The position numbers and the translations under genes are program-made. A stretch of DNA of 37,050 nt. It comes from Thermotogota bacterium. GTDB lineage: Bacteria; Bipolaricaulota; Bipolaricaulia; UBA7950; UBA9294. Positions 18,388-27,128 of the stretch are shown piece by piece. Each line of letters opens with the position of its first letter. Within the stretch, counting starts at the first letter, position 1. The stretch spans positions 1-37,050 of the forward strand of contig JBDKUT010000127.1 of assembly GCA_039679545.1 (NCBI GenBank), written 5' to 3'. Below the pieces are notes generated by a model. That model saw only the letters and a list, made by a program, of their open reading frames with translations. It did no database searches and was not told the DNA's origin.

Positions 18388-19614
18388 ATGGACGTTAGGA
18401 CCCTGCGAACCTGTTTTCCCGGCCTGGACCGTGCAGCGTATTTCGCCACCGCAGGCCGAGGACCTCTGCCGCTGGACGCCGCCAAGGCGATGGCCGATGC
18501 TGCGAAGTCCCAGTGCGCGAGCGGTGTTCCCCTCGCCGATCCGGGAATCGAGGTGCGTGCCCTGGCGGCTCATCTGCTTGACTGCTCCCCAGAGGCGTTC
18601 GCCCTGGCGGGAAACACAAGCGCGGGGATCAACCTCGTAGCGGGGTCGCTGACCTGGAAGCACGGCGACAATGTCGTGCTGTGTGAGCGCGAGCACCCCG
18701 CCAACGTCATCCCGTGGCTCCTGCAGGCGGAGCGATACCCCGTTCGCGTCCGCCGCGTTCGCCCCGCGTCACTCTCGGCGACGCGCGACGCCCTCCTCGC
18801 CGCTGTGGACTCCCACACGCGCGCCGTCGCGGTCAGCTACGTGGAATTCGGGACGGGATACCGGAATGACGTAGCCGCCCTGGGGGAGGTCGTGCACCGG
18901 CACGGCGGGCTCCTCTGCGTCGATGGAATTCAGGCCGTCGGGGCCCTGAGGATCGACCTCGCTGATTCCCCCATCGACGTCCTGGCTTGCGGGGGATACA
19001 AGTGGCTCTGCGGCCCTCTCGGGACGGGGTTTACCTATGTTCGACCGGAGCTCGCCGCACAGCTGACCCCGAGCACGGCGACGTACAAGAACCTCTCCGA
19101 TGAGGGGGATCGCGAAGTTCAGGACGTGATCCGGACAGCGGCGACGTACCCCGACCGCGGCATCCTCCTGGCCGAAGACCGACGGCGGTTCGAGACGCCG
19201 AAGCCCTCGCCCATTCTGTACAACGGCCTTGCCGCGTCCCTTCGCCTCATCGTCCGCGCGGGAGCCGAGGCGATTGAAGAGAGAATCCTAGGGCTTGTGG
19301 CGCGGTTCCTCGACGCCCTCGCCGAGCGCAACGTCCCGGTCCTCTACCCTCTCGACGAAAAACACCGGTCCGGCATCGTGTGCGTAGCGATCCCGGCAAG
19401 CACCACCGATCCGGCCCGCTGCGAGGCCATTGAGAACCACCTTCGAGACCTGCGTGTCCTCGCCCACGTTCGGGCCGGAGGCGTACGGATCGCGATCCAC
19501 GCCTTCAACACGGAGCAGGAGATTGACGACGCCGCCGAAGCCGTCCGCGAGCTCCGGAATTGGCTCTATGGAGATGCAGACAAGCATGGACATCACCCAA
19601 GTCATCAGAACTGA
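18388..19614 (+). CDS. Class V PLP-dependent enzyme (aminotransferase V; epimerase/C-S lyase-like)
   Basis: NTSAGIN, EHPAN..PW, VDGIQAVG, GGYKWLCGP.GTG PLP lysine, RIAIHAFN; no NifS/SufS catalytic-Cys loop evident. Confidence 0.88.
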   Translation: MDVRTLRTCFPGLDRAAYFATAGRGPLPLDAAKAMADAAKSQCASGVPLADPGIEVRALAAHLLDCSPEAFALAGNTSAGINLVAGSLTWKHGDNVVLCEREHPANVIPWLLQAERYPVRVRRVRPASLSATRDALLAAVDSHTRAVAVSYVEFGTGYRNDVAALGEVVHRHGGLLCVDGIQAVGALRIDLADSPIDVLACGGYKWLCGPLGTGFTYVRPELAAQLTPSTATYKNLSDEGDREVQDVIRTAATYPDRGILLAEDRRRFETPKPSPILYNGLAASLRLIVRAGAEAIEERILGLVARFLDALAERNVPVLYPLDEKHRSGIVCVAIPASTTDPARCEAIENHLRDLRVLAHVRAGGVRIAIHAFNTEQEIDDAAEAVRELRNWLYGDADKHGHHPSHQN

Positions 19615-20302
19615 CGCCCGGCCCACGTGGGGCTGCACGGAACCCGGAGCGACTGCTCTCGCCGTCGCCCGCGCGACCCGCTCGCTGCCCAGCGACAGCG
19701 AGCCGGAGAATGTCAGCGTTGTGGTAAGCGAAGGAATCTACAAAAACGGCATGCCTGGGGGTCTCCCCCGCACGGGTGGAGCGCGCGGTAACCTCATGGC
19801 CGCGGCCCTGGGAGTGCGGTGCCGTGGCGAAGATTGTGAGCTGGAAACGTTGCACCATGGCTCGGAGCGTGACGTTCGAGCGGCCGAGACACTGACCGTG
19901 GCCGGACGAGTACGCGCCCCGCTCAATCCGAGGCGCCGGAGGATGGACATCACGGCCACGGCACGAGGGGGTTCGCACCGCACGACGTGCACACCTCACA
20001 CCGCCGTCTCCAAGGTCTCGTTGGACGGACTCCCAGCGCCTGCCGTTCCCGTGCGCCCACGCATCGCACCCGACGGAGTCGCCCCTGCGGGGTCCGGCGA
20101 GACGCACGCTCAGGTCATCGAGGCCGTACTCGATGCCCGACCGCGCGGCGCAATTCTTCGTGTCGCGGGGCTTTCGACGCTTGCCGAGAAGGCAATGGGC
20201 AGCTTCGATTCAATCCTCAGTTCACTGCTTCGCGCTCGAACGGAACAGACAGAGGGTCGCTGGTACGCCTCCAAAAACGAGGAGGACCGATGCTTCGCGT
20301 AG
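19586..20302 (+). pseudogene. Internally deleted YhaM/CdsB (L-cysteine desulfidase / serine dehydratase alpha-like) remnant
   Basis: GCTEP, IYKNG, G...AAALG N-terminal motifs and a C-terminal-like L..LA...M...D..L helix in only ~238 aa; central CDGAK..C Fe-S region absent. Confidence 0.7.
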
Positions 20303-21114
20303 GAGTCATTGGCTACGGAACGATCGGCAAGGCGGTCTGCGACGCTCTGCTTTGCCCGTCCGTGGCCGCGGACCTCGCCGTAATCGTGGAGACCCGACCT
20401 ACGCGTCAGCTCGAGGAGCTGCTCGCCGCGGGCACGGGCCGAATCGATGTGCTTCCGTCCGTCGAGCTTTTGCTCAGCCGAGACCTCGATCTCGTGGTGG
20501 AAGCGGCACAGCCGTCCGTCGCTGAGCAGCTTGCTGTGCCCATCCTACGATCGGGCAAGGACCTTCTCGTAATGAGCATCGGCGGACTCGTCAAGCCGGG
20601 GGTGCTCGAGGCAGCGCGGGAGGCGGCCGTGCGCGCGCGGCGCACCCTGATTCTCCCGGCGGGAGCTATCTCGGGAATCAGCACAATTCGAGCGGCGAGC
20701 TTGGCCGGAGAGCTGAGCGACGTGGAGGTCTCAACCATCAAAGCCCCCACCAGCCTGGAAGGCGCTCCGTTCCTCAGCCGAGCAAGAATCGATCTCGGTG
20801 CCCTCACGGACGTAACCCTGATCTTCGAAGGGGACGTCGCGGACGCCATCGAGGGGTTCCCGAAGAATGTCAACGTCGCCGCCGCGGTGGCGCTGGCGGG
20901 GCTTGGGGCCCACCGAACCCGCGTCCGAATTCTGGCAGATCCGCACGCAACGCAAACCGTCCATCGCGTGAGAGCTTGGGGTAGCTTTGGCGAGCTCGAC
21001 CTCACGGTGTCCAGCGTCCCGGACGTCGAGAACCCGCGGACGTCTCGCCTCGCCGTGCTTGGCGCAGTCTCCGCACTTCGACAGCGGGCCGATCACGTCA
21101 TCATGGGGGTGTAG
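20290..21114 (+). CDS. nadX: L-aspartate dehydrogenase family protein
   Basis: IGYGTIG, VVEAA, SIGGL, GAISG, FEG...DA..GFPKNVNVAA, ADP, ENPRTS.LA; RBS AGGAGG. Confidence 0.9.
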   Translation: MLRVGVIGYGTIGKAVCDALLCPSVAADLAVIVETRPTRQLEELLAAGTGRIDVLPSVELLLSRDLDLVVEAAQPSVAEQLAVPILRSGKDLLVMSIGGLVKPGVLEAAREAAVRARRTLILPAGAISGISTIRAASLAGELSDVEVSTIKAPTSLEGAPFLSRARIDLGALTDVTLIFEGDVADAIEGFPKNVNVAAAVALAGLGAHRTRVRILADPHATQTVHRVRAWGSFGELDLTVSSVPDVENPRTSRLAVLGAVSALRQRADHVIMGV

Positions 21115-21236
21115 ATGAACCTTGACGGGCACGCATCCCGCGACAAGCCGCCACGAAAGCCAACACGGGCCTGCCGGGGGTCCGTGTATGATACTTGAGC
21201 GATCACTTTCCTAAAGGAAGGAAGAGGAGAATGCAC

Positions 21237-21974
21237 ATGACTGTGGGTGCGAACCGAAGGAGGAATGCCCGCGTCTCTCCCGGGACGGCTCCGCAACGGA
21301 AGAGGCTTCATCCGTTGCTTGCGCTGGTTCGGGAGATGGTCCCGGATCTCCAACGTGCCATCGGACCCAACTGCGAGGTCGTCCTCCGGGACCTCCAATC
21401 GGCCGGGAACCCGATTGCCGCGATCGCCGGCGACATTACCCACCGCCAGGTCGGCGACCCGCCGACGGGACTGATGCAGCAGTGGCTCGAGTCGGGCAAT
21501 ACGAACGAGGACCACTTGAACTACAGCGGCCGCACGTCGGACGGAAAGCCGCTGCGCGCATCGACCCTCTTTCTCCGCGACGAGACCGGCGACCTGATCG
21601 GTTGCATCTGCATCAACATCGATATCTCCCACGTCCTCGAGATTGAGAAGTGGTCGTCGAGCTACTGCGATACGAAGGGGATCATCCTGTTCGGAGGCGA
21701 TCCCGCCTTGCCCCATGGAATCGACGACACGGCAGAGGATATCAAGACGGTGATCCTCCGCACGATCGACGGCGCCGTCGCGCAGATCGGCAAGCGTCCG
21801 GAAGCAATGACCAAATCCGATCGGCTTCACCTCGTTCGCTCGCTCGACGTCATGGGTGTATTCGCCCTCCGCAACGCGAAGGAGTACGTGGCCGCGGCCC
21901 TCGGGGTCTCAAAGGCCGCCGTCTACAACTACCTGCACGAAACCCGCCGTGAGAACGTCTCGGTGAGGCGTTAG
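21237..21974 (+). CDS. YheO/DauR-like PAS + HTH transcriptional regulator
   Basis: GPNCEVVL.DL, IT.R.VGDPPT, NY...T.DG+PLR.ST, G.ICIN.D, GVF.LR.A...VA..LGVS...VYNYL. Confidence 0.9.
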   Translation: MTVGANRRRNARVSPGTAPQRKRLHPLLALVREMVPDLQRAIGPNCEVVLRDLQSAGNPIAAIAGDITHRQVGDPPTGLMQQWLESGNTNEDHLNYSGRTSDGKPLRASTLFLRDETGDLIGCICINIDISHVLEIEKWSSSYCDTKGIILFGGDPALPHGIDDTAEDIKTVILRTIDGAVAQIGKRPEAMTKSDRLHLVRSLDVMGVFALRNAKEYVAAALGVSKAAVYNYLHETRRENVSVRR

Positions 21975-22010
21975 CGGCTGCCGATTCGCGCCGGGTTCGA
22001 CAGCCCCAGG

Positions 22011-22039
22011 TTCCCGCGCCCGCGCTTGCCCCCTATAAT
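22011..22039 (+). promoter_or_regulatory. Promoter of the AraC-GyrI gene, probably leaderless
   Basis: TTCCCG-N17-TATAAT (22034-22039), 8 nt before ATG 22048; no SD sequence. Confidence 0.6.
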
Positions 22040-22047
22040 CGGCGGAC

Positions 22048-23001
22048 ATGATCGACCAAGAGGAGCTGAGGCGGCGCGAGTACGTTGGCCGTGTAAACCG
22101 CGTGATGGACTACGTCCAAGCGAACTTGGCCGGCGATCTCCGGCTCGAGACGATGGCCCGCGTGGCGAGCTTCTCACCCTTTCACTTCCACCGCGTGTTC
22201 AAGTCGGTGGTCGGCGAGACGCTGGGTGACTTCATCCGTCGCGTTCGTGTGAGCACCGCCGCGATGCGGCTGCTCTCCAACCCCAAACTCTCGATCACTG
22301 ACGTCGCCGTCGGGTGCGGGTACTCATCCTCCTCCGCGTTCGCACGCGAGTTCCGCAACGCTTTCAGCATGAGCGCGTCTGAGTTCCGCCGCAGCGGCCC
22401 CGACGCCCTGCGCAAGATTCGTCAACTCGAGCGCAAGAATGGGCAACTTGAAAGCAAGACTGCGGAAGACGAAGCCGATGGCTCTTCCTACACTCCGGAC
22501 AACCCATCTACGAGGAGGACTCCAATGAAGTTCAGTGTCGAAGTGAAGCAGATGCCGGAGTGGAACGTCGTCTACGCACGCCACATCGGCCCGTACAACA
22601 AGATCGGCGAGGCGTTCGAGCGGATCTACAAATGGGCCGGACCGCGCGGCCTGGTGCGGTTCCCGGAGACGAAGTCGCTCGCCGTTTACCACGACAGCCC
22701 CGAGGTGACCGATCCGTCGAAGCTGCGCTCGGACGCATGCCTGACCGTGCCATCAGGGACGAAAGTCGAAGGAGAGATCGGGACGATGAAGATCCCTGGA
22801 GGTCTCTTCGCCGTCGCCCACGTTGAGATCGACATGACCCAGTTCGGTGAGGCCTGGGACAAGCTCGTCGGCGAGTGGATGCCAAAGAGCGGCTATCAGC
22901 CCGACGACCGAATGTGCTACGAACTCTACCTGAACGACCCAGACACACATCCGCAGAAGAAGTTCATCGTGGACATTTGTGAGCCCGTGCGCCCGCTGTA
23001 G
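22048..23001 (+). CDS. AraC family regulator with C-terminal GyrI-like ligand-binding domain
   Basis: FSPFHFHRVFK, ITDVA..CGYSSSSAFAREFR double HTH; RHIGPY, YHDSP.VT...KLRSDAC, IPGG.FAV, W.PKSGYQPD, E.Y. Confidence 0.94.
   Translation: MIDQEELRRREYVGRVNRVMDYVQANLAGDLRLETMARVASFSPFHFHRVFKSVVGETLGDFIRRVRVSTAAMRLLSNPKLSITDVAVGCGYSSSSAFAREFRNAFSMSASEFRRSGPDALRKIRQLERKNGQLESKTAEDEADGSSYTPDNPSTRRTPMKFSVEVKQMPEWNVVYARHIGPYNKIGEAFERIYKWAGPRGLVRFPETKSLAVYHDSPEVTDPSKLRSDACLTVPSGTKVEGEIGTMKIPGGLFAVAHVEIDMTQFGEAWDKLVGEWMPKSGYQPDDRMCYELYLNDPDTHPQKKFIVDICEPVRPL
22412..22494 (+). repeat. Three 21-bp direct repeats plus -10 element inside the AraC linker (candidate internal activated promoter)
   Basis: GCAAGAttcgtCAActcgagc / GCAAGAatgggCAActtgaaa / GCAAGActgcgGAAgacgaag starting at 22412, 22433, 22454; TACACT at 22489-22494. 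Confidence 0.7.
22525..23001 (+). CDS. Putative in-frame internal product: stand-alone GyrI-like domain (158 aa)
   Basis: AGGAGG (22513-22518) 6 nt before in-frame ATG 22525, exactly at the GyrI domain start (MKFSVEVK). Confidence 0.6.
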   Translation: MKFSVEVKQMPEWNVVYARHIGPYNKIGEAFERIYKWAGPRGLVRFPETKSLAVYHDSPEVTDPSKLRSDACLTVPSGTKVEGEIGTMKIPGGLFAVAHVEIDMTQFGEAWDKLVGEWMPKSGYQPDDRMCYELYLNDPDTHPQKKFIVDICEPVRPL

Positions 23002-23028
23002 AGCCCTCGCCGCCTCCAAACCATCCCC

Positions 23029-23051
23029 GCGCCCCGGCTCGTCCGGGGCGC
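23029..23051 (+). terminator. GC hairpin after the AraC-GyrI gene
   Basis: GCGCCCCGG-CTCGT-CCGGGGCGC; weak U tail. Confidence 0.5.
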
Positions 23052-23103
23052 ACCTCTTGATCGCCATGCGACCGTAGCTGACCATGCATTGGGGTGAGGT
23101 CTC

Positions 23104-24276
23104 ATGCGCTACCGTACGTTCGGACGGCTCGACTGGCAACCTTCAGCGCTCGGATTCGGGACGATGCGGCTCCCGATCCTCAACGACGACCACAGCAAGA
23201 TCGACGAGGCTCTGGCGACAAGGATGGTCCACACGGCCATCGACGGCGGCGTCAACTACGTCGACACGGCGTGGCCCTATCACGACGGGCAGTCAGAGCG
23301 GTTCCTCGGGCGCTGTTTACGCGGCGGATACCGTGAGCGAGTCCGCGTGGCAACCAAGATGCCTTCGTGGCTCGTTGAGAAGGCGGAGGACTTCGATCGC
23401 TTCCTCGACGAGCAGCGTCGCCGCCTCGAGACCGAGACGATCGACTTCTACCTTCTGCACGCGCTGAACGGAATAACTTGGCCGAAGCTCCGAGATCTCG
23501 GAGTGAGGGAATGGGCGGAGCGGGCCAAGCACGAGGGTCGAATCGAGCACTTCGGGTTCTCCTTCCACGACAACCTCACAGCGTTCCGCGAGATCGTCGA
23601 CGCCCACAACTGGGACTTTTGCCAGATCCAGTACAACTACATGGATGTCGAGTTCCAGGCAGGACGCGAAGGGCTTCGCTACGCAGCAAAGCGCGGGCTC
23701 GGCGTCATCGTCATGGAGCCCCTGCGCGGAGGTTCGCTCACACGCCCGGCGCCACGCGAAGTTGCCACGTTCTGGGAGTCGGCATCGACGAAGCGATCGC
23801 AGGCCGATTGGGCTCTCCAGTGGATCTGGAACGACCCGGACGTCTCGCTTCTCCTCTCCGGCATGTCGGCGATGAGTCACGTCGAGGAGAACCTCCGAAG
23901 TGCGGAACGCTCAGGAGTCGGATCGCTCCACGACGAAGAACTGCGCCTCGTCGATCGCGTGCGCAGCGCATACGTTGCTCTGGCCCCAATTCCCTGCACG
24001 AACTGTCGCTACTGCCAGCCGTGCCCGCATGGCGTAGCCATTCCGCGGGTGTTCTCTTTCTACAACAACGCCATGGCCTACGGCGACCTCGCTCGATTGA
24101 GCGCTCAGTACACCAACGACGAATTCATGAAGCCCGAGAACCGTGCGGACCACTGCGTCGCCTGCGGAGCTTGTGAATCCGCGTGCCCGCAGGAGATCGG
24201 GATCATCGAGTGGCTCAAGAAAGCGCACGCGGCCATGACGTCGCAAGGACGACCGGAAGCCTATCGTTCGCGCTAG
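23104..24276 (+). CDS. Aldo/keto reductase with C-terminal 4Fe-4S domain
   Basis: LGFGTMRLP, NYVDTAWPYH, ATKMP, DFYLLHAL, GFSFH, MEPLRGG; CxxCxYCxPCP and CxxCxxCxxxCP. Confidence 0.93.
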   Translation: MRYRTFGRLDWQPSALGFGTMRLPILNDDHSKIDEALATRMVHTAIDGGVNYVDTAWPYHDGQSERFLGRCLRGGYRERVRVATKMPSWLVEKAEDFDRFLDEQRRRLETETIDFYLLHALNGITWPKLRDLGVREWAERAKHEGRIEHFGFSFHDNLTAFREIVDAHNWDFCQIQYNYMDVEFQAGREGLRYAAKRGLGVIVMEPLRGGSLTRPAPREVATFWESASTKRSQADWALQWIWNDPDVSLLLSGMSAMSHVEENLRSAERSGVGSLHDEELRLVDRVRSAYVALAPIPCTNCRYCQPCPHGVAIPRVFSFYNNAMAYGDLARLSAQYTNDEFMKPENRADHCVACGACESACPQEIGIIEWLKKAHAAMTSQGRPEAYRSR

Positions 24277-24388
24277 CGGGACCCGCCGCCCCGGCGGTCC
24301 TTATGGGGCTTCGCTTCTCGAACCGGGGCTCGATATACTCGCCGTCCCAAGCGTCTTGCGCCTCCAGTAGGAGGCCGAAGGAGGATTC

Positions 24389-25219
24389 ATCCACTACTAC
24401 GAGGAGCCCGAGCGGGCCATACGGGGGCCCCGAAAGAACCTCCCGCCCAAGCCTGCCCAGGAGGCGGAGAAGACGGTCGAAGAGGAACTGCTGGCTCACC
24501 TCGCGCCCCTCATCGAGGAACACTACCTGACCGACGTCGTGCGCCCGATCAAGAGCGGCAAAGAGGCGGTCGTGTACTGCTGCCGTGCCGACGCATCGCT
24601 CGGTCGTGACCTCGTGGCCGCCAAGGTCTACCGTCCGCTCGAAACGCGCAGCTTCAAGCGCGACACGGTATACCAGCAGGGTCGGGAGCGCGGCAGTCGC
24701 CCCGACGCGCGCGTGCTCCGCGCCCTCGGAAAGAAAACGCAGCACGGCCAAACCCACAAGTTCAGTGCGTGGATCGCCCACGAGATGAGGACGCTCGAGA
24801 CCCTCCACGCGGCCGGCGCCGACGTCCCGGAGCCCATCGAGCGGAATGGCCCCGTCATCCTGATGGAGTACTTCGGGGACATCGACAACCCAGCGCCTGT
24901 GCTCCTCGGCGTCGACCTGGACCCGGGCGAAGCCATCCGGCTCTACGCCGGGATCCTTCGCAACGTGGAGCTGTTCCTCGTCCATCATCGTGTCCACGCC
25001 GATCTCTCGGCGTACAACATGCTCTACTGGAATGGCGCCGTCACGATCATCGACTTCCCGCAGGCCGTCGACCCTCGCTACAACGACGATGCGTTCGATC
25101 TCTTGGTTCGGGATCTGCGCACCGTGAACAGCTTTTTCGCAGCGGCGGGCGCGGACATCGTCGACCCGACAGAACATGCGCTTCACCTCTGGCGAGCCCA
25201 CGTCGATCCCCGACGGTAG
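24389..25219 (+). CDS. RIO1-family kinase/ATPase (start uncertain; ATC at 24389 proposed, first canonical start GTG 24539)
   Basis: KSGKEA.VY, AKVYR, HADLSAYN, IIDFPQAV; frame open from 24371; AAGGAGG at 24378-24384. Confidence 0.85.
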   Translation: MHYYEEPERAIRGPRKNLPPKPAQEAEKTVEEELLAHLAPLIEEHYLTDVVRPIKSGKEAVVYCCRADASLGRDLVAAKVYRPLETRSFKRDTVYQQGRERGSRPDARVLRALGKKTQHGQTHKFSAWIAHEMRTLETLHAAGADVPEPIERNGPVILMEYFGDIDNPAPVLLGVDLDPGEAIRLYAGILRNVELFLVHHRVHADLSAYNMLYWNGAVTIIDFPQAVDPRYNDDAFDLLVRDLRTVNSFFAAAGADIVDPTEHALHLWRAHVDPRR

Positions 25220-25238
25220 CGCGGCCGAGTGCGAGACA

Positions 25239-27128
25239 TCACCCGTGGTCGGAGATCTCGAGGGCCTGGCGCACTTCCCACTCGACAAGGGACAGAGGGA
25301 GAAGGCCGTGACCCAGCAGCGCATCGTAGAATGCGACGGGATCGAACGCCACGCCGCGTGCGCGTTCCACCGAGTCCCGAAGGGCGCGAAGCCGAATCAC
25401 GCCAACCAGCGCTGCCGTCGCTCGCCCGGGGGAGCCGATGCATCCCTTCACGACCATGTGCGCCCCTCTCTCCTCGTCCCCCGTGGCGGCCACGTAGTAG
25501 TCGAAGGCGCGGTCGAAGCTCCACCCGAAGGCGTGGACGCCGGTGTCGACGACGGCCGACGCAGCGTCTCGGAGTTGGCTCCGCAGCCGCTCAAGGTTGG
25601 CGAGTGGGTCGCTGTCGTACAGACCGACCTCGGCGGCTACGTCGAGGGCGTAGGCGGCCCAACCCTCCTGCAAAGCGGGGAAGTCGCCCCAGGCGCGGAT
25701 CGCAGGCAGCGGAAGCTCTCGGGCCGCCGCCATCTGGAGATGTCGGCCCGGGACAACCTCTCGGTACACAAGCGTAGCGATATCCGATGAAGTCAGCGAC
25801 TTCTTAGGACTCACGACCAAGAACGCAGGGCGGGACCCGTCGTAGGGGGCGGGCTCGTAGCCGCGGCTTCCTTCCCCCAAGAGAATCGCGACGCTTGTCT
25901 TCGGCAGCCGCTCTGCGAATCGGGCGGTGAGGGCTTCCGCCCTCTCGAGGAGGGCTCGACAGGCGGCCACGACGTCGTCGGGCGACGGAGCACCGCCGTC
26001 CCTTTTGACTCCGGTCGCTGTGTCGGGGAGGCCACGGTCGCTCGGGGCCTTCACCCGATCCTCGATTGCATCGATCTCCTTCTGCAGTCGTGCGACGGTC
26101 TCCTGACCTGCGGCATGAATGGCCGCCGGACCGAGATCGCTCTCGGTGTAATGGCGAAGGAGCCCTTCGTAGACCGCGTTGCCTCCGGCGCGCTGGTTGA
26201 TGCCGATGTCCGCCTCCGGCGCCTCGGTGAGCGCCGCGACAAGGGCGGCGTTCAACTTCTCGTACGCCGGGATGACCTCTTGCTCCAGAGCGCTCCTTGC
26301 CTCCGTCAGGTAGGCGACTCGCTTCTCGTAGCCGATCTCAGGCATCGCGAGCACCCTCTCGCGCAGGGCGACGAAATACGGGTTGGGGTTCGCAACGATT
26401 CGGTCAGGGAGATACTCCGAGGGAGACCACATCTTCGTGATCCTGAGCGGCTGAATCTGAATCAGCACCGTGTCGAGCGCGACGGCGGGCGGCAGGCGTC
26501 GGTCGGCACGCAGATCGACGATCCGGTCGCGAAGCTGAAGAAGCTGCCGGTCGGCCTGGTGCAGACAAGCGATGTAGTCGGCGACGTCCTCCTCGTCGGC
26601 CAGACGCCACACCGAGATCAGCCGAGCGTACAGACGCATGTGGGGCGAATCGTCGCTCGCCGAGATCGGATACATCGAGATCGCCGGCGCCTCATGCGTC
26701 GTGAGATCGTTCCAGAACGCCTCACAGGCGTCGTACGTCAGGCGCTCATCGGGAGTCAGCGCCGTGCGGTTGTACGTGTGCAAGCGGCGGTAGATCTCCC
26801 GCTCGATCGCCTGCGTCGTGCGAACGTACCCATCCGAGTAGTCGTCGAGACGGTCGTTGCGAACTCCAAGCTTCTCTGCCAGTCCAAGGTCCGTTACCGT
26901 CTGGGGATGTCGAAGGAGGTGGAGGCGATACGCTTCGTCGACAAACTCCCCGAACGTCCGTCCCTCTAGCTGTGCTCGCACCTCCTTGAGCGTCGGAGGT
27001 GCCCACGAGGGGAGCAGGATCTTCTCCCGCGAGCAGAAGCGAAGCGACAACAGGACAGCGACGATCGCCGCCAGCACGGCAACGCCAACCAAAAGCCACA
27101 CCCTGCTTTGAGACCAACGTCCACGCAT
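25239..27128 (-). CDS. DUF885 family protein with N-terminal membrane anchor
   Basis: P...T.LG, Y...LR.YT, E..PG.HLQ, EGWA.YA, VVDTG.H..GWS, PG.A; ATG 27128 after GGGAGAG. Confidence 0.88.
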   Translation of the reverse strand: MRGRWSQSRVWLLVGVAVLAAIVAVLLSLRFCSREKILLPSWAPPTLKEVRAQLEGRTFGEFVDEAYRLHLLRHPQTVTDLGLAEKLGVRNDRLDDYSDGYVRTTQAIEREIYRRLHTYNRTALTPDERLTYDACEAFWNDLTTHEAPAISMYPISASDDSPHMRLYARLISVWRLADEEDVADYIACLHQADRQLLQLRDRIVDLRADRRLPPAVALDTVLIQIQPLRITKMWSPSEYLPDRIVANPNPYFVALRERVLAMPEIGYEKRVAYLTEARSALEQEVIPAYEKLNAALVAALTEAPEADIGINQRAGGNAVYEGLLRHYTESDLGPAAIHAAGQETVARLQKEIDAIEDRVKAPSDRGLPDTATGVKRDGGAPSPDDVVAACRALLERAEALTARFAERLPKTSVAILLGEGSRGYEPAPYDGSRPAFLVVSPKKSLTSSDIATLVYREVVPGRHLQMAAARELPLPAIRAWGDFPALQEGWAAYALDVAAEVGLYDSDPLANLERLRSQLRDAASAVVDTGVHAFGWSFDRAFDYYVAATGDEERGAHMVVKGCIGSPGRATAALVGVIRLRALRDSVERARGVAFDPVAFYDALLGHGLLPLSLVEWEVRQALEISDHG

